Positions 19,081-28,407 of a DNA stretch of 64,000 nt are shown piece by piece. This DNA comes from Candidatus Hydrothermarchaeum profundi (GTDB taxonomy: Archaea; Hydrothermarchaeota; Hydrothermarchaeia; Hydrothermarchaeales; Hydrothermarchaeaceae). The notes beneath the pieces were generated by a model. The model ran no database searches. It was not told where the DNA came from and saw only the letters and a list, made by a program, of their open reading frames with translations. Positions within the stretch are counted from its first letter, which is position 1; each line of letters opens with the position of its first letter. Location of the stretch: the NCBI GenBank assembly GCA_002011125.2, contig MTMF02000009.1, positions 256,001 to 320,000 of the forward strand. Reading direction: 5' to 3'. The position numbers were made by a program, and so were the translations under genes.

Positions 19081-19135
19081 GTTATTTGTAAACCTTTACT
19101 TCCTCTGAAGCATGTGGAAAAAATGGTAAGAGATT

Positions 19136-20218
19136 TTATATCCAGTCCTTAGATTCTAATTTCTGAGGCAAATACACATCTGTCATAAACGTTATTCCAT
19201 GCTTGGCTAGTGCCTGGAGTTCCGCCTTTTCTCCTCTGCTTATCATGAGCTGAAGCTCTTTTCTCCATTTCTTGTTATTTTTTATCCAAGGATACTCCAG
19301 CATTTTCTGGGCTTTTTTCAAATCCCATTCAGTCATCTTCAGACGGGCTGCCTTAGGAACATTAAATTTGTCTAGGTCACTTGGGAGTAGACCCAAAAGC
19401 TTTGCACTAGGTACGGCGAGATATGCGCTTTCAAAACTTAGTGAGATGCTTCCTCTCTTATAACTTGAACATATTTGCATGCCATAGCTATCGCTGTCTG
19501 TTAGAACATAAACGGGGAGCTTTTCCTCTTTATTTAATCTCCTTATAAGCCTCCTAGTAGCAATGTCAGGCTGTCCTTTTCCGGTGATTAAGAGACATTT
19601 ATTTTTTTTATGGAAATCTTCTTCTATTAATCGTATTAGTGCGGCATCTTTTTCCACTACTAAAATGTAATCCGCTCCGCAGTCTATGATTTCTACTTCA
19701 TCTATAAATGGGCTTATTGACCAGCCGCCTCTACCAAGACTGTTACAGTTGAATGTATCGTTTCCTTCTCTTAAGGTGAGATCCCCTATGCATACGCCCT
19801 TAGCCGAGGCAACTACTCTTAGGCAGGGACGGGTGACTCCGAGCGTCACTGCGATATCTTCTATTATATTGTCACTAGTTTTTTGGTCCTTATTGAAGAG
19901 CTCTGGATCTTGGTAATAAATCTCGCGTTTAGTCAGATGTTTTTCTCTTTCAGCGCTTTCATAAAGTATGCTCATTACATAAAGCATTTGAGTAAATGCT
20001 GTCACTGTTCCGGTATTATGGAAGCTCCTCTGAGACATGCTTTCTCCAATATAAATCAAATCCTTTTTTTCATCGTAAATAAAATTGTCCGCCCCTCGGG
20101 TGGGAACATTAAAAGCCGGGTTTTTTCTGCTTCTTATGTCTCTTGCTATTCCTTTTGCTACTCGCTTTAGCTCCCTTACAAGCTCGCGTGCATCCATTTT
20201 TTCTTTTATTTTTTTCAT
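19136..20218 (-). CDS. top6A: DNA topoisomerase VI subunit A (Spo11 family)
   Basis: KREIYY catalytic Tyr, Toprim VVEKDA and TDSDSYG, ITGKGQPD.ATR, KAELQAL. Confidence 0.93.
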   Translation of the reverse strand: MKKIKEKMDARELVRELKRVAKGIARDIRSRKNPAFNVPTRGADNFIYDEKKDLIYIGESMSQRSFHNTGTVTAFTQMLYVMSILYESAEREKHLTKREIYYQDPELFNKDQKTSDNIIEDIAVTLGVTRPCLRVVASAKGVCIGDLTLREGNDTFNCNSLGRGGWSISPFIDEVEIIDCGADYILVVEKDAALIRLIEEDFHKKNKCLLITGKGQPDIATRRLIRRLNKEEKLPVYVLTDSDSYGMQICSSYKRGSISLSFESAYLAVPSAKLLGLLPSDLDKFNVPKAARLKMTEWDLKKAQKMLEYPWIKNNKKWRKELQLMISRGEKAELQALAKHGITFMTDVYLPQKLESKDWI

Positions 20219-20219
20219 T

Positions 20220-22109
20220 TTAACCCCCCGTTAAAGTCGCTTGCACAGCTATTGGCCTTCTCCTGCGGATTTCTTGAACCAGTGGCTTATAGATTCTCTC
20301 TTTCTTCTCACCGGTCATTTTAGATATCGATTCCGATACTATCTCAGCATGCTTTTCTAGGAATTCCCTCGCTTTCCCTGAAAGTCTGTGTTTCTCCATC
20401 ATGCTAACATGTTTCCTAAGCTTTCTACTAGCCGCCTGTAATGCCCTTTTTATTTCCTCAGCTATAACATCATCCGCCCCAATCGCCTGTTTAGCTACTC
20501 CTAGATACTTGAGCTGTGGTGATGTAACATGAACTACGAAGATAACAGGAGCGCTTGGAAGTGATCCTTTTTTTCCTAGCTTATAGAGAGACCAGTCAAT
20601 TTCTCTCGCTGTTTGAGTGATGATATCGCTTCCAAACTCATATATAAGGGGAGTGCAATTAGCAATTCTTATTAATTTATCTTGGTCTCTAAGATCCGGA
20701 GAAATCTCCCCCCCATACATACCGAGAACCTGAACCTGAACTGGTCTTCCACTAGTGCTGGTCGGCTTCCTTTCCACATAAACATGTTTCTCCGGGTTAT
20801 AAATCGAGACAAAGCCTCTTATTAAGGTTTTTTTAGGTATGGGCATAAGAGAATCCATTGGTGGCGAAGGAAAAGACATTGACCTCAGAGTTTCAGCGAC
20901 TAGCCTAACTTTTTTTTCATCGTTTAATATCATGTTTACAGTAGTTTTTTCTGTAAAAATCTGCTTCGGTAAAGGTTGACCATCAAGCTTGAATAACTTC
21001 TTCAGTTCATTATTGTCGAGAGACCTAATGTTATTGCTAAGTTTACCGCTTATGTAGAGTTTCGCTGCATAATCGCGATCAATATCTACGTCCCTAACCA
21101 GAGTTTTTAGATAAGCACTAATCTTTTCAGGACTCTTTTTAAGTTCTTTAACCTTCTCACTTTGAGCTATTCTCTTGACAATGTCTCCTGCAAAGAAATT
21201 CTGTTGATCAAAATATTGAAGTATCGTAGCTCTCTCTATAAGCTCTTTTATTTTCTTATCGCCGATCCGGCAAAAGTTCTTTTTAAGAAATCCTGCTAAA
21301 GAAATACTTCTTATCCTAGACTGATATGCTAGCAGATCCTTTAATTGACCTATGTCTACCGAGTTAGGATGTGGAGGAACGGGAGCAGGTATCGGTATTC
21401 CCTCGCTTGTTCTTTTTTCATATTTAGTTATGTTTCCATTTTCTTTTAAGATAAAAGTTATATAAGGATGGATTGCCGCCATTCTCCTAATAAACTCTAT
21501 AATATTACCCCGAGCTCGGGAGTAATCCCCTAAGAGAGTTAGAGAGACTCTAGTTCCATGCTCTGGAAATTCGCCTTCATAGGGCTCTTCAACTACCTTG
21601 GTTACTTTGCCCTTACCATAGTCGTAAACATGGCGATGGGCTATTTTTTCTGTAAAAGTTTTACTTATAATTTCCATAGGCTTACCGGTGCTTTGGCTTG
21701 CATATATAGCGGCAGCTTTCCATCCTATACCCTGCTGAGACCTACTAGCTTTATATTCGATTGTACCTGTGCCACCTGCTCGAACAATGATTTGAACCTT
21801 ATTTTTCGGTATTCCTATTCCATTGTCCTGAATACTGATTTGCAGTTCTCCCCGAGATTTATCAACTACTGAAACGCTTACCATAATTTCAGCATTATAA
21901 TCGTCATTCCCAGTTGACCTCAATAATACCTCTCTAGCCTTATCAATAGCGTCTGCTGCATTTTGAACCCCCTCAACGACTGTTTGAAACGGTGCCCTAG
22001 CCTTTTGCCCGAAACCTGTATCAACTCTTTTTAAAAGTTCTTCAGCGGATTGAAGCCGGATATGGTTATGGATCTGCTCTTCTGCTTTTTTCCTTGAAAT
22101 TTTTTTCAT
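20220..22109 (-). CDS. top6B: DNA topoisomerase VI subunit B, divergent (GHKL ATPase, H2TH, transducer)
   Basis: EGVQNAADA, DNGIGI, SRSQQGIG, HGTRV, PHP.SVD, RIANCTPL and AKQAI motifs. Confidence 0.88.
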   Translation of the reverse strand: MKKISRKKAEEQIHNHIRLQSAEELLKRVDTGFGQKARAPFQTVVEGVQNAADAIDKAREVLLRSTGNDDYNAEIMVSVSVVDKSRGELQISIQDNGIGIPKNKVQIIVRAGGTGTIEYKASRSQQGIGWKAAAIYASQSTGKPMEIISKTFTEKIAHRHVYDYGKGKVTKVVEEPYEGEFPEHGTRVSLTLLGDYSRARGNIIEFIRRMAAIHPYITFILKENGNITKYEKRTSEGIPIPAPVPPHPNSVDIGQLKDLLAYQSRIRSISLAGFLKKNFCRIGDKKIKELIERATILQYFDQQNFFAGDIVKRIAQSEKVKELKKSPEKISAYLKTLVRDVDIDRDYAAKLYISGKLSNNIRSLDNNELKKLFKLDGQPLPKQIFTEKTTVNMILNDEKKVRLVAETLRSMSFPSPPMDSLMPIPKKTLIRGFVSIYNPEKHVYVERKPTSTSGRPVQVQVLGMYGGEISPDLRDQDKLIRIANCTPLIYEFGSDIITQTAREIDWSLYKLGKKGSLPSAPVIFVVHVTSPQLKYLGVAKQAIGADDVIAEEIKRALQAASRKLRKHVSMMEKHRLSGKAREFLEKHAEIVSESISKMTGEKKERIYKPLVQEIRRRRPIAVQATLTGG

Positions 22110-22246
22110 TTTTCCTTCCCCTTATATGAGAGATAAAAGTCGATTAAACGATTTACTAGATCGTCGTAGGTTTCTTTTTTCATCCCTATTTCTAGTAACC
22201 TATTTCTGGTTTCCTTGCGCAGTTGTATAGTGGTTATATCTTTCAT
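22106..22246 (-). CDS. 46-aa ribbon-helix-helix (antitoxin/CopG-like) protein, absent from the ORF track
   Basis: MKDITTIQLRKETRNRLLEIGMKKETYDDLVNRLIDFYLSYKGKEK*; its TGA overlaps the top6B ATG (ATGA). Confidence 0.8.
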   Translation of the reverse strand: MKDITTIQLRKETRNRLLEIGMKKETYDDLVNRLIDFYLSYKGKEK

Positions 22247-22288
22247 ATAGTTACTATAGATACTCATAGATATATATAGCTTTATATT
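22247..22288 (-). promoter_or_regulatory. Promoter/operator with four phased ATAG boxes
   Basis: ATAG at 22247, 22256, 22266 and 22276 (9-10 nt spacing), overlapping a TATATATA element upstream of the RHH ATG. Confidence 0.5.
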
Positions 22289-22322
22289 AGAAGAAATAGT
22301 TTTTCCAAGAGCATGGGAAAAA

Positions 22323-22940
22323 TTATAAGATTCTCTCGTATTTTTCTACCTTTCTAAGAAGCTCGTCTCGCTCTTTTTCAATTCCTTGAATCCGCTCCCT
22401 CAATACGCCTAATTCGACTTCATATTTCGTAAGCTTCTTATTTTTCTCCTCCAGCTCCTCTTTCTTATCCTCAGCATATCTCCTAGTAGTACTAGATTCA
22501 ACTTCAAGCTCTCTCACTCTATCTTTAAGCCTATTAATCTCAGTTTCATATTGCGATAATTTATCTTTCTTCTCCTTTAGCTCCATCACTAATGCTTCAT
22601 TTTTGGCTTTTAGCCCAGCGTTCTCATTAGCCAACTCTGAGAACTTTTCTGTCTTACTCTCTAGTTCTGCCTTCAATTTCTCGATAGTTGCTTTAAGCTC
22701 GCTTATTAGCTGATTCTTTTCCTCTACCAAGGCTTCTTTTTCACTTAATTTAGTCTCGGCTCTAATCATGGCTTCTTGGATTGATGCAATTTCCTTTCTA
22801 AGAGACTCAAGCTCCCTATCTTTCTCTCTTATCTCAGATTCTAGCTTTTCCTTACCTGCCAACTCTATTCTAAGTTTTTCTTCTGATTCTTTAAGTTGGC
22901 GTATCTGGGCCTCAAAAAACTCTTTTTCTTTCGTATGCAT
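22323..22940 (-). CDS. Coiled-coil hypothetical protein
   Basis: 205 aa, E/K-rich heptads, no Pro. Confidence 0.75.
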   Translation of the reverse strand: MHTKEKEFFEAQIRQLKESEEKLRIELAGKEKLESEIREKDRELESLRKEIASIQEAMIRAETKLSEKEALVEEKNQLISELKATIEKLKAELESKTEKFSELANENAGLKAKNEALVMELKEKKDKLSQYETEINRLKDRVRELEVESSTTRRYAEDKKEELEEKNKKLTKYEVELGVLRERIQGIEKERDELLRKVEKYERIL

Positions 22941-23060
22941 TAGAGAAAAAAATTTTAATTACTAATATTTAAATTCATCCTTGGTTCCGGAAAGGGCTGC
23001 CAAGCTTCCTAATTGTTTCATGGTCTTGGTATATCATAATTATAGACATTTTTCCCAAAC

Positions 23061-23426
23061 ATGAAAATCTTTTATATTAAAATCACTAAATATCAAGCAA
23101 TGGTGCGTTCTCTTACAAATGTTGAAGCGATAATTGTATCCAAAGTAACAAGCATAGGAATGACATCGGAAGAAGATGATACTCAATGGGAAGAAATTGA
23201 GATAACTGTACAGTATCGCAAGGATGGCAAGACTATTAGTGTAGAAAGTCTTTCCTTTCTCGGATTTAAGCAGTTGATAATGGAAGCTGATAGAAAAGAG
23301 ATAGCGGTTAAGTATTTGGAAAAGAGTGAAGAACCGGAAAAAGAGGATCTTAATCTGGATGTAATATCAATGGCAAGGGAACTTATAAAGGTGGAAAGAA
23401 GGCAGATAGACCCTGCTTTTGTATGA
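23061..23426 (+). CDS. Hypothetical protein (start perhaps at 23100)
   Basis: 121-aa ORF with plausible composition. Confidence 0.55.
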   Translation: MKIFYIKITKYQAMVRSLTNVEAIIVSKVTSIGMTSEEDDTQWEEIEITVQYRKDGKTISVESLSFLGFKQLIMEADRKEIAVKYLEKSEEPEKEDLNLDVISMARELIKVERRQIDPAFV

Positions 23427-23586
23427 GTTCTATCCTTTTTTAACACTTGGAAACTGAGCATTAAATAAAAAGCTACTTAATATTTTTTAACTAAGCTCCA
23501 AAAGATGAGGGGAAGTTAGTATTGACAGGGAATCATTTATTAAGCACAATACTTACACCTTCCCCTAGATAAGTGGAGGATATAAA

Positions 23587-24705
23587 ATGAGGATAGCGCA
23601 TATCTCAGATCTTCATTTTGGATTTGAATTTCTAAAAAATAAGTTTGAAAACGCAATTAAGCAGATAAACAAGCTTGAACCGGATATTACTGTTATCACA
23701 GGAGATATCGGTTTATGGGGAATCCACCACGAGATTAGAAAGGCATATGAGGCACTTTCAGACTTAGAATCCGATCTATTAATTATCCCCGGTAATCATG
23801 ATGCAAGAAATGATGGAATTAAATATTTCAATCTATATTTTGGAAAGACTAAAAGAACCGTAAAAATAGATGACATTGTTTTAATAGGAGTTGACAGCAC
23901 ATTACCTGATTCCGATGATGGCTATATTGGCCCAGAACAGAGGCAGTGGATTGCGAAAAGTGTCAGGCAAAACTGTATTAATATTATTGCAATGCACCAT
24001 CATGTCGTTCCAGTTCCTCATACCGGTAGAAATATGAACGTTTTAATAGATGCTGCCGAGACCGTTGAAAGCCTTACTCTGCATTGCTATGGAGGAATCG
24101 TTCTCGCTGGACACCGGCATGTACCCTACTCAACAAAGCTTTTGAGGACACATATAATTCATGCAGGTTCACTTAGCTCCTATAAAGTACTCATGCCTGA
24201 TAACAATTATAATATCATTGAGATCTCAGAGGACGGAATATCCTTAAAGCTTAGATTCATAGACATCGGAGAAGTTGAAATAGGCAGATTTAAGCTAAAA
24301 CCCGAGACTCCAGAGTCTCTTCGAAAATATCACAAGCTCACGTCAGTGAAAAAGATTCTCTTTATTTCTAAGAGAAATGCCTGCCGAACAAAGATCGCCG
24401 AGGCTTTATTTAACAAGATTTCTCCAGATAATATGTACGCAATAAGTGCTGGAACTGAACCCGCAAAGGATGTCGATCCCATCGTCTCTAAAGTCTTAAT
24501 AGAAATGGGTTTTTCTGTAAGTACACCAAGAAAACTTAGAAGGGGTATGGAGGAAGTAGACTATGTAATCTCTTTTGATGAGGATGTTGATGCTGATGAA
24601 CTCTGGGACATCAAGGTTCCAGTGGATAAAGAGGATTGTAAGAGAGTCGTGAAGAAAATCGAGAAAATGATTAATGAATTAGTAAGAAAAATTATCCTCT
24701 ACTGA
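23587..24705 (+). CDS. Calcineurin-like metallophosphoesterase (Icc/CpdA-like) fused to a degenerate ArsC/LMWP domain
   Basis: SDLH, TGD, GNHD, HHH and GHRH; C-terminal ILFISKRNACRTKIAEA and SAGTEPA. Confidence 0.85.
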   Translation: MRIAHISDLHFGFEFLKNKFENAIKQINKLEPDITVITGDIGLWGIHHEIRKAYEALSDLESDLLIIPGNHDARNDGIKYFNLYFGKTKRTVKIDDIVLIGVDSTLPDSDDGYIGPEQRQWIAKSVRQNCINIIAMHHHVVPVPHTGRNMNVLIDAAETVESLTLHCYGGIVLAGHRHVPYSTKLLRTHIIHAGSLSSYKVLMPDNNYNIIEISEDGISLKLRFIDIGEVEIGRFKLKPETPESLRKYHKLTSVKKILFISKRNACRTKIAEALFNKISPDNMYAISAGTEPAKDVDPIVSKVLIEMGFSVSTPRKLRRGMEEVDYVISFDEDVDADELWDIKVPVDKEDCKRVVKKIEKMINELVRKIILY

Positions 24706-24831
24706 ATATATGCCTGCTTGAGTACGAGAGCTACCATTTAGAAAATATTAAAGCTTAAACTAAGACTATTTTTAAAATTAAAGTATATGTGCAGCAGACT
24801 AGGTATACACTCAAGTCTAAACTAGAAACTA

Positions 24832-25239
24832 TTAACTTTCTGCCCTAGCTATCTCTTCTTCCAAATCCTCAAGAGTGAAGGGCTTTACTGGTATTAAAGG
24901 GAGGATTAGAAGATCCTTCTTAACCTTAGGCGTTACCGTCCTACCTATCTTCTCCAACTCAACTATTCTAAGCTTCTCTAAGATCTTAAGGTCTCTCTCT
25001 ACGGCTGTCAGATCCCTTTTTACCATCTCGGCAAGAGAACTAATAGAAGCCGGTCTCTTCTCTTTGATAGTTCTTATAATCTCCAGTCTTTTCTTAGTGA
25101 ATATCTTAGTAACCTCATCCTCTGAAAGGGAGAGAAGAAGAGATTTCTCCGGCAACTCCTTAAGTCTCCTAGGGTCAGCCCAAAGGCGCTCGAAATACCG
25201 CATTATCCCTTCCCATCTTTCATCCGTCATCTTATACAT
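24832..25239 (-). CDS. HTH DNA-binding protein (HVO_A0114-like putative antitoxin)
   Basis: IFTKKRLEIIRTIKEKRPASISSLAEMVKRDLTAVERDLKILE. Confidence 0.75.
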   Translation of the reverse strand: MYKMTDERWEGIMRYFERLWADPRRLKELPEKSLLLSLSEDEVTKIFTKKRLEIIRTIKEKRPASISSLAEMVKRDLTAVERDLKILEKLRIVELEKIGRTVTPKVKKDLLILPLIPVKPFTLEDLEEEIARAES

Positions 25240-25243
25240 GCGC

Positions 25244-25594
25244 TCACCTCAAACTCATTCTTTCCTCGTAATATTTCCTATATCTCTCATAATTTTCTTT
25301 CACGGCATTCATGAAGAACTCAAAGGTATGCTGTAAAGAATATCCTTCAAAGGTTGGTAATGATATAGGTTCTGGGCTAATCCAAAACCTCTGCTCATGT
25401 AAGTATTCGTGGCAGGTGTCTATTCTATACACCTGATACCAAACATTGCCAAACTTGCACCTTAAATTTATCACAAATCCGGTGATTTTTCCTTTTTCTG
25501 TAACGATTCTAACATCGATGACATCTTTATCTGTCAATGGAACCTCGAAGTCATGGATAGTCCCCATCAATATATACCTTACATTTTTTGTCAA
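25244..25594 (-). CDS. Putative toxin (DUF6516/TumE/DUF7718-like)
   Basis: W..VYRIDTCHEYLHEQRFW motif; upstream of the HTH gene. Confidence 0.6.
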   Translation of the reverse strand: MTKNVRYILMGTIHDFEVPLTDKDVIDVRIVTEKGKITGFVINLRCKFGNVWYQVYRIDTCHEYLHEQRFWISPEPISLPTFEGYSLQHTFEFFMNAVKENYERYRKYYEERMSLR

Positions 25595-25853
25595 CTATTT
25601 CTAAATTAAAAATATTTAAACCTTGCTCATTGTTATGCCCACCAAAGAAACCAGGAAATTTTCTAGTTTAGATCAACAATTTAAATGATGACAAAAATTT
25701 TATTAAATTATAGCTAAACCAGGTTATTTTTAAAAATTTAACATGTAAAGTGGAGTATGGTAAATATCTGCGAAAGTCTGAACTTGAGTGCCAAACTGCA
25801 TGGTTTTTTTAGAGATTAGAGATTGCTTAAATATCATGCCCCTTCTAGTGGTT

Positions 25854-26486
25854 TTATTCTTCAGTCCAATACTCTACCCATCTTTTATAAGGATTATAAT
25901 CCACCTCTCTCCGTTGCCAATTTATTTCAATAACTTTAGTTTCTCCATTTCTAACCAAGCGTGATAATGCATTACTCGAAATTTCTACACCTCTAGGGTT
26001 TGTACCTGGTTTAGGAAGTTTAATATATTCCTCTCTCCCCATTTCCTCAAAGAGTTCTTCTTGAATTCTTAAAGGTATGTAATAAAAACCTCCCGTTGCA
26101 TTCCAGATGATTTGTACAAACAAAATATCACATCGAGGATAATAATTCTCACGAAATTGCCGTGCCATCTCAGCATCCACCGTCCATATGAGTTTCACTC
26201 CACTAAATGAAGTCCCTGTTTTTGTTTTAATGGAAATAGGCTGCCCATATAACATCACATCAATCTCTGGTTCAGTAATAGGCACTTCGGTCTCTACATT
26301 TTTTATACCGAATTTATGAATAAGCAAGGCAACTATTATCTTTTCCCGAAAAGAACCTACCTCCATCCCAATTTTCCCGGCACGGGAACTTTCTAACTCT
26401 GCAAGCTGGAACAAATAAGGTAATCGCCTTCTAATTTTATCTACGAGTCTTTCATCTTGAAATATCTCTACTAAGTGACTAGACAT
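25854..26486 (-). CDS. ThaI-family type II restriction endonuclease
   Basis: LFQLAELESSRAGKIGMEVGS.RE, EIDV..YGQPISIKT, GTNPRGVE; MTase nearby. Confidence 0.85.
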   Translation of the reverse strand: MSSHLVEIFQDERLVDKIRRRLPYLFQLAELESSRAGKIGMEVGSFREKIIVALLIHKFGIKNVETEVPITEPEIDVMLYGQPISIKTKTGTSFSGVKLIWTVDAEMARQFRENYYPRCDILFVQIIWNATGGFYYIPLRIQEELFEEMGREEYIKLPKPGTNPRGVEISSNALSRLVRNGETKVIEINWQRREVDYNPYKRWVEYWTEE

Positions 26487-26559
26487 TAAGTGATTGCTTT
26501 CTATGGAGAATTTAAAAAATTACGTAACATTTATATGACTATTAATTAACATTTAACTG

Positions 26560-26814
26560 ATGGATTATAATTTGCTGGGTTTCATTAAGGCCAGTAAGCA
26601 TAGGGAGGATATCGTAAAAATTCTAGAGGAGGAGATACTTACTCCAACAGAAATATCAAATAGACTTAACCTGCATACTTCTCAGGTTAGTAGATATCTT
26701 TCAGAATTAGTTGGGAAGGGGGTAGTCCAAGTATTAACGCCTAATTTAAGAAAGGGAAAAGTATATTCTCTTACCGAAGAAGGTAAAAAATGTCTAAATA
26801 GTCTCAAAAGGTGA
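26560..26814 (+). CDS. Winged-HTH regulator (ArsR/MarR-like), probable R-M controller
   Basis: TPTEIS..L....SQVSRYLSELV.KG.V...RKGKVYSLTEEG; overlaps the MTase start. Confidence 0.8.
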   Translation: MDYNLLGFIKASKHREDIVKILEEEILTPTEISNRLNLHTSQVSRYLSELVGKGVVQVLTPNLRKGKVYSLTEEGKKCLNSLKR

Positions 26815-27719
26815 CTTTGATGAAAAGAAAGGGCACAAAAACCAGTAGATTCGGCGTGTCTAAAAGAGAGAGCCATGACTCGGCCTTATTCTATAGTAGC
26901 AGATTATATGAAGATTTCAAAATAGATGAGAAAAAACCTGAAGTCGAGAACCCGATAAGCGAGGATGTACTGGACAAGGTTTTGTGTCAGGATAGCCGAG
27001 ACATGAGCAATATCCCGGATTCAAGTGTGCATCTGATGGTTACCTCTCCTCCTTACAATGTTTCTAAGGAGTATGATAGGGATTTAACCATGGAGGAGTA
27101 CGCCGAATTATTAAGGGATGTTTTCACTGAAACATATAGGGTATTAGTTAGTGGGGGCAGGGTTTGTGTAAATATCGCCAATGTTGGTAGGCGGCCCTAT
27201 ATTCCTTATCATAGCTTTATCATCAACATAATGCTGGACATCGGGTTTCTAATGAGAGGAGAGATTATCTGGAATAAAAACGCTAGCGCCGGGACTTCTA
27301 CCGCATGGGGTAGTTGGAAATCGGCGTCTAATCCTACCCTAAGAGATATTCATGAGTATATCTTGGTTTTCTCGAAGGATAAGTTCACGAGAAAAAAAGG
27401 GAAAAAAGAGAGCACGATAACACGGGAAGAGTTCCTTGAGTTTACTAAAAGTATCTGGGAATTCCCTGCGGAGTCAGCAAAAAAAGTAGGGCATCCTGCC
27501 CCATTCCCTGTGGAATTACCCTACCGGTGCATACAGCTCTATACCTTTAAAGATGAAGTGGTCTTAGACCCCTTCTGCGGCGTGGGGACTACATGTGTTG
27601 CTGCAGTAAAAGCTAATAGGCACTTCATAGGACTAGATAACAACCCGGAATATGTAAAAAAGGCAAATAAGAGAATAAAGAAATATTTAGCCCAGACCTC
27701 CTTACCAGCATTTCAATAA
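26811..27719 (+). CDS. Site-specific DNA methyltransferase (beta class, likely m4C)
   Basis: VTSPPY precedes HPAPFP and VLDPFCGVGTT. Confidence 0.93.
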   Translation: MTLMKRKGTKTSRFGVSKRESHDSALFYSSRLYEDFKIDEKKPEVENPISEDVLDKVLCQDSRDMSNIPDSSVHLMVTSPPYNVSKEYDRDLTMEEYAELLRDVFTETYRVLVSGGRVCVNIANVGRRPYIPYHSFIINIMLDIGFLMRGEIIWNKNASAGTSTAWGSWKSASNPTLRDIHEYILVFSKDKFTRKKGKKESTITREEFLEFTKSIWEFPAESAKKVGHPAPFPVELPYRCIQLYTFKDEVVLDPFCGVGTTCVAAVKANRHFIGLDNNPEYVKKANKRIKKYLAQTSLPAFQ

Positions 27720-27750
27720 CGTCACCATAACTTAAGAAGGAAGGGGATGC

Positions 27751-28230
27751 ATGTTAGAAAGCCAACTATTGGCAGCCTTTTTTCGAGGCATTGCTCGTTA
27801 TAGTATTAGGTGAGTTAGTAAAGGGATAAGAAGACCAAAGTTGGAAATAGACTTTCAAGAAGTTGATGGTTTTTAAAGCCCTACATTCATGAATTTGATG
27901 CAGACTAAAAAGCTTCAATTCTTACAGAGGAAGATGTTTGTTATCCCAAGTTAAGAGGAATACACCCAGGGGTTAAAAAATGAAGGAAAAACTCCTGCTA
28001 GGAATTGCGCCGCAAAATTAAGAATATGGCGAGGTGAAAGGCTAGAGCCTATAATAGTAATTCTAGGGTAGTTATTTACACATGATATATTACTTCAGGC
28101 TTTATCTTATACTAAAAAGAGGAGGAAAAGGATTAAACCAATCACGATTTATCCCGGAGACGGAGAATTTCTAGATTTTTTAATTTTAGACTACGATGAA
28201 CTTCAGGACCCTAATACCTTCAAAAAATAG
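27751..28230 (+). pseudogene. Degraded gene for a membrane-anchored hypothetical protein
   Basis: Fragments in shifting frames: MLESQLLAAF..., RRPKLEIDFQE, VKNEGKTPARNCAAKLRIW, PITIYPGDGEFLDF. Confidence 0.4.
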
Positions 28231-28265
28231 GTAAGAATCATGCTCAAATTGAAAGATTTTAATAG

Positions 28266-28339
28266 TGCGGTGGGCGAGATTTGAACTCGCGACCATTAGA
28301 TCTTCAGTCTAACGCTCTCCCAGGCTGAGCTACCACCGC
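28266..28339 (-). tRNA. tRNA-Phe(GAA)
   Basis: GCGGTGGTAGCTCAGCCTGGGAGAGCG-TTAGA CTGAAGA TCTAA-TGGTCGCGAGTTCAAATCTCGCCCACCGCA. Confidence 0.97.
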
Positions 28340-28407
28340 ATATATCGTTTTTTCATCGGAAAAGTTTAAATAATTTTCGAGTGGTCTAGGAAAAAATCTC
28401 TTCTACT

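Noticed and set aside
24700-28266. att duplication for an element at tRNA-Phe
   Set aside because: I found no second copy of the tRNA-Phe 3' end by eye, so no mobile element was called.
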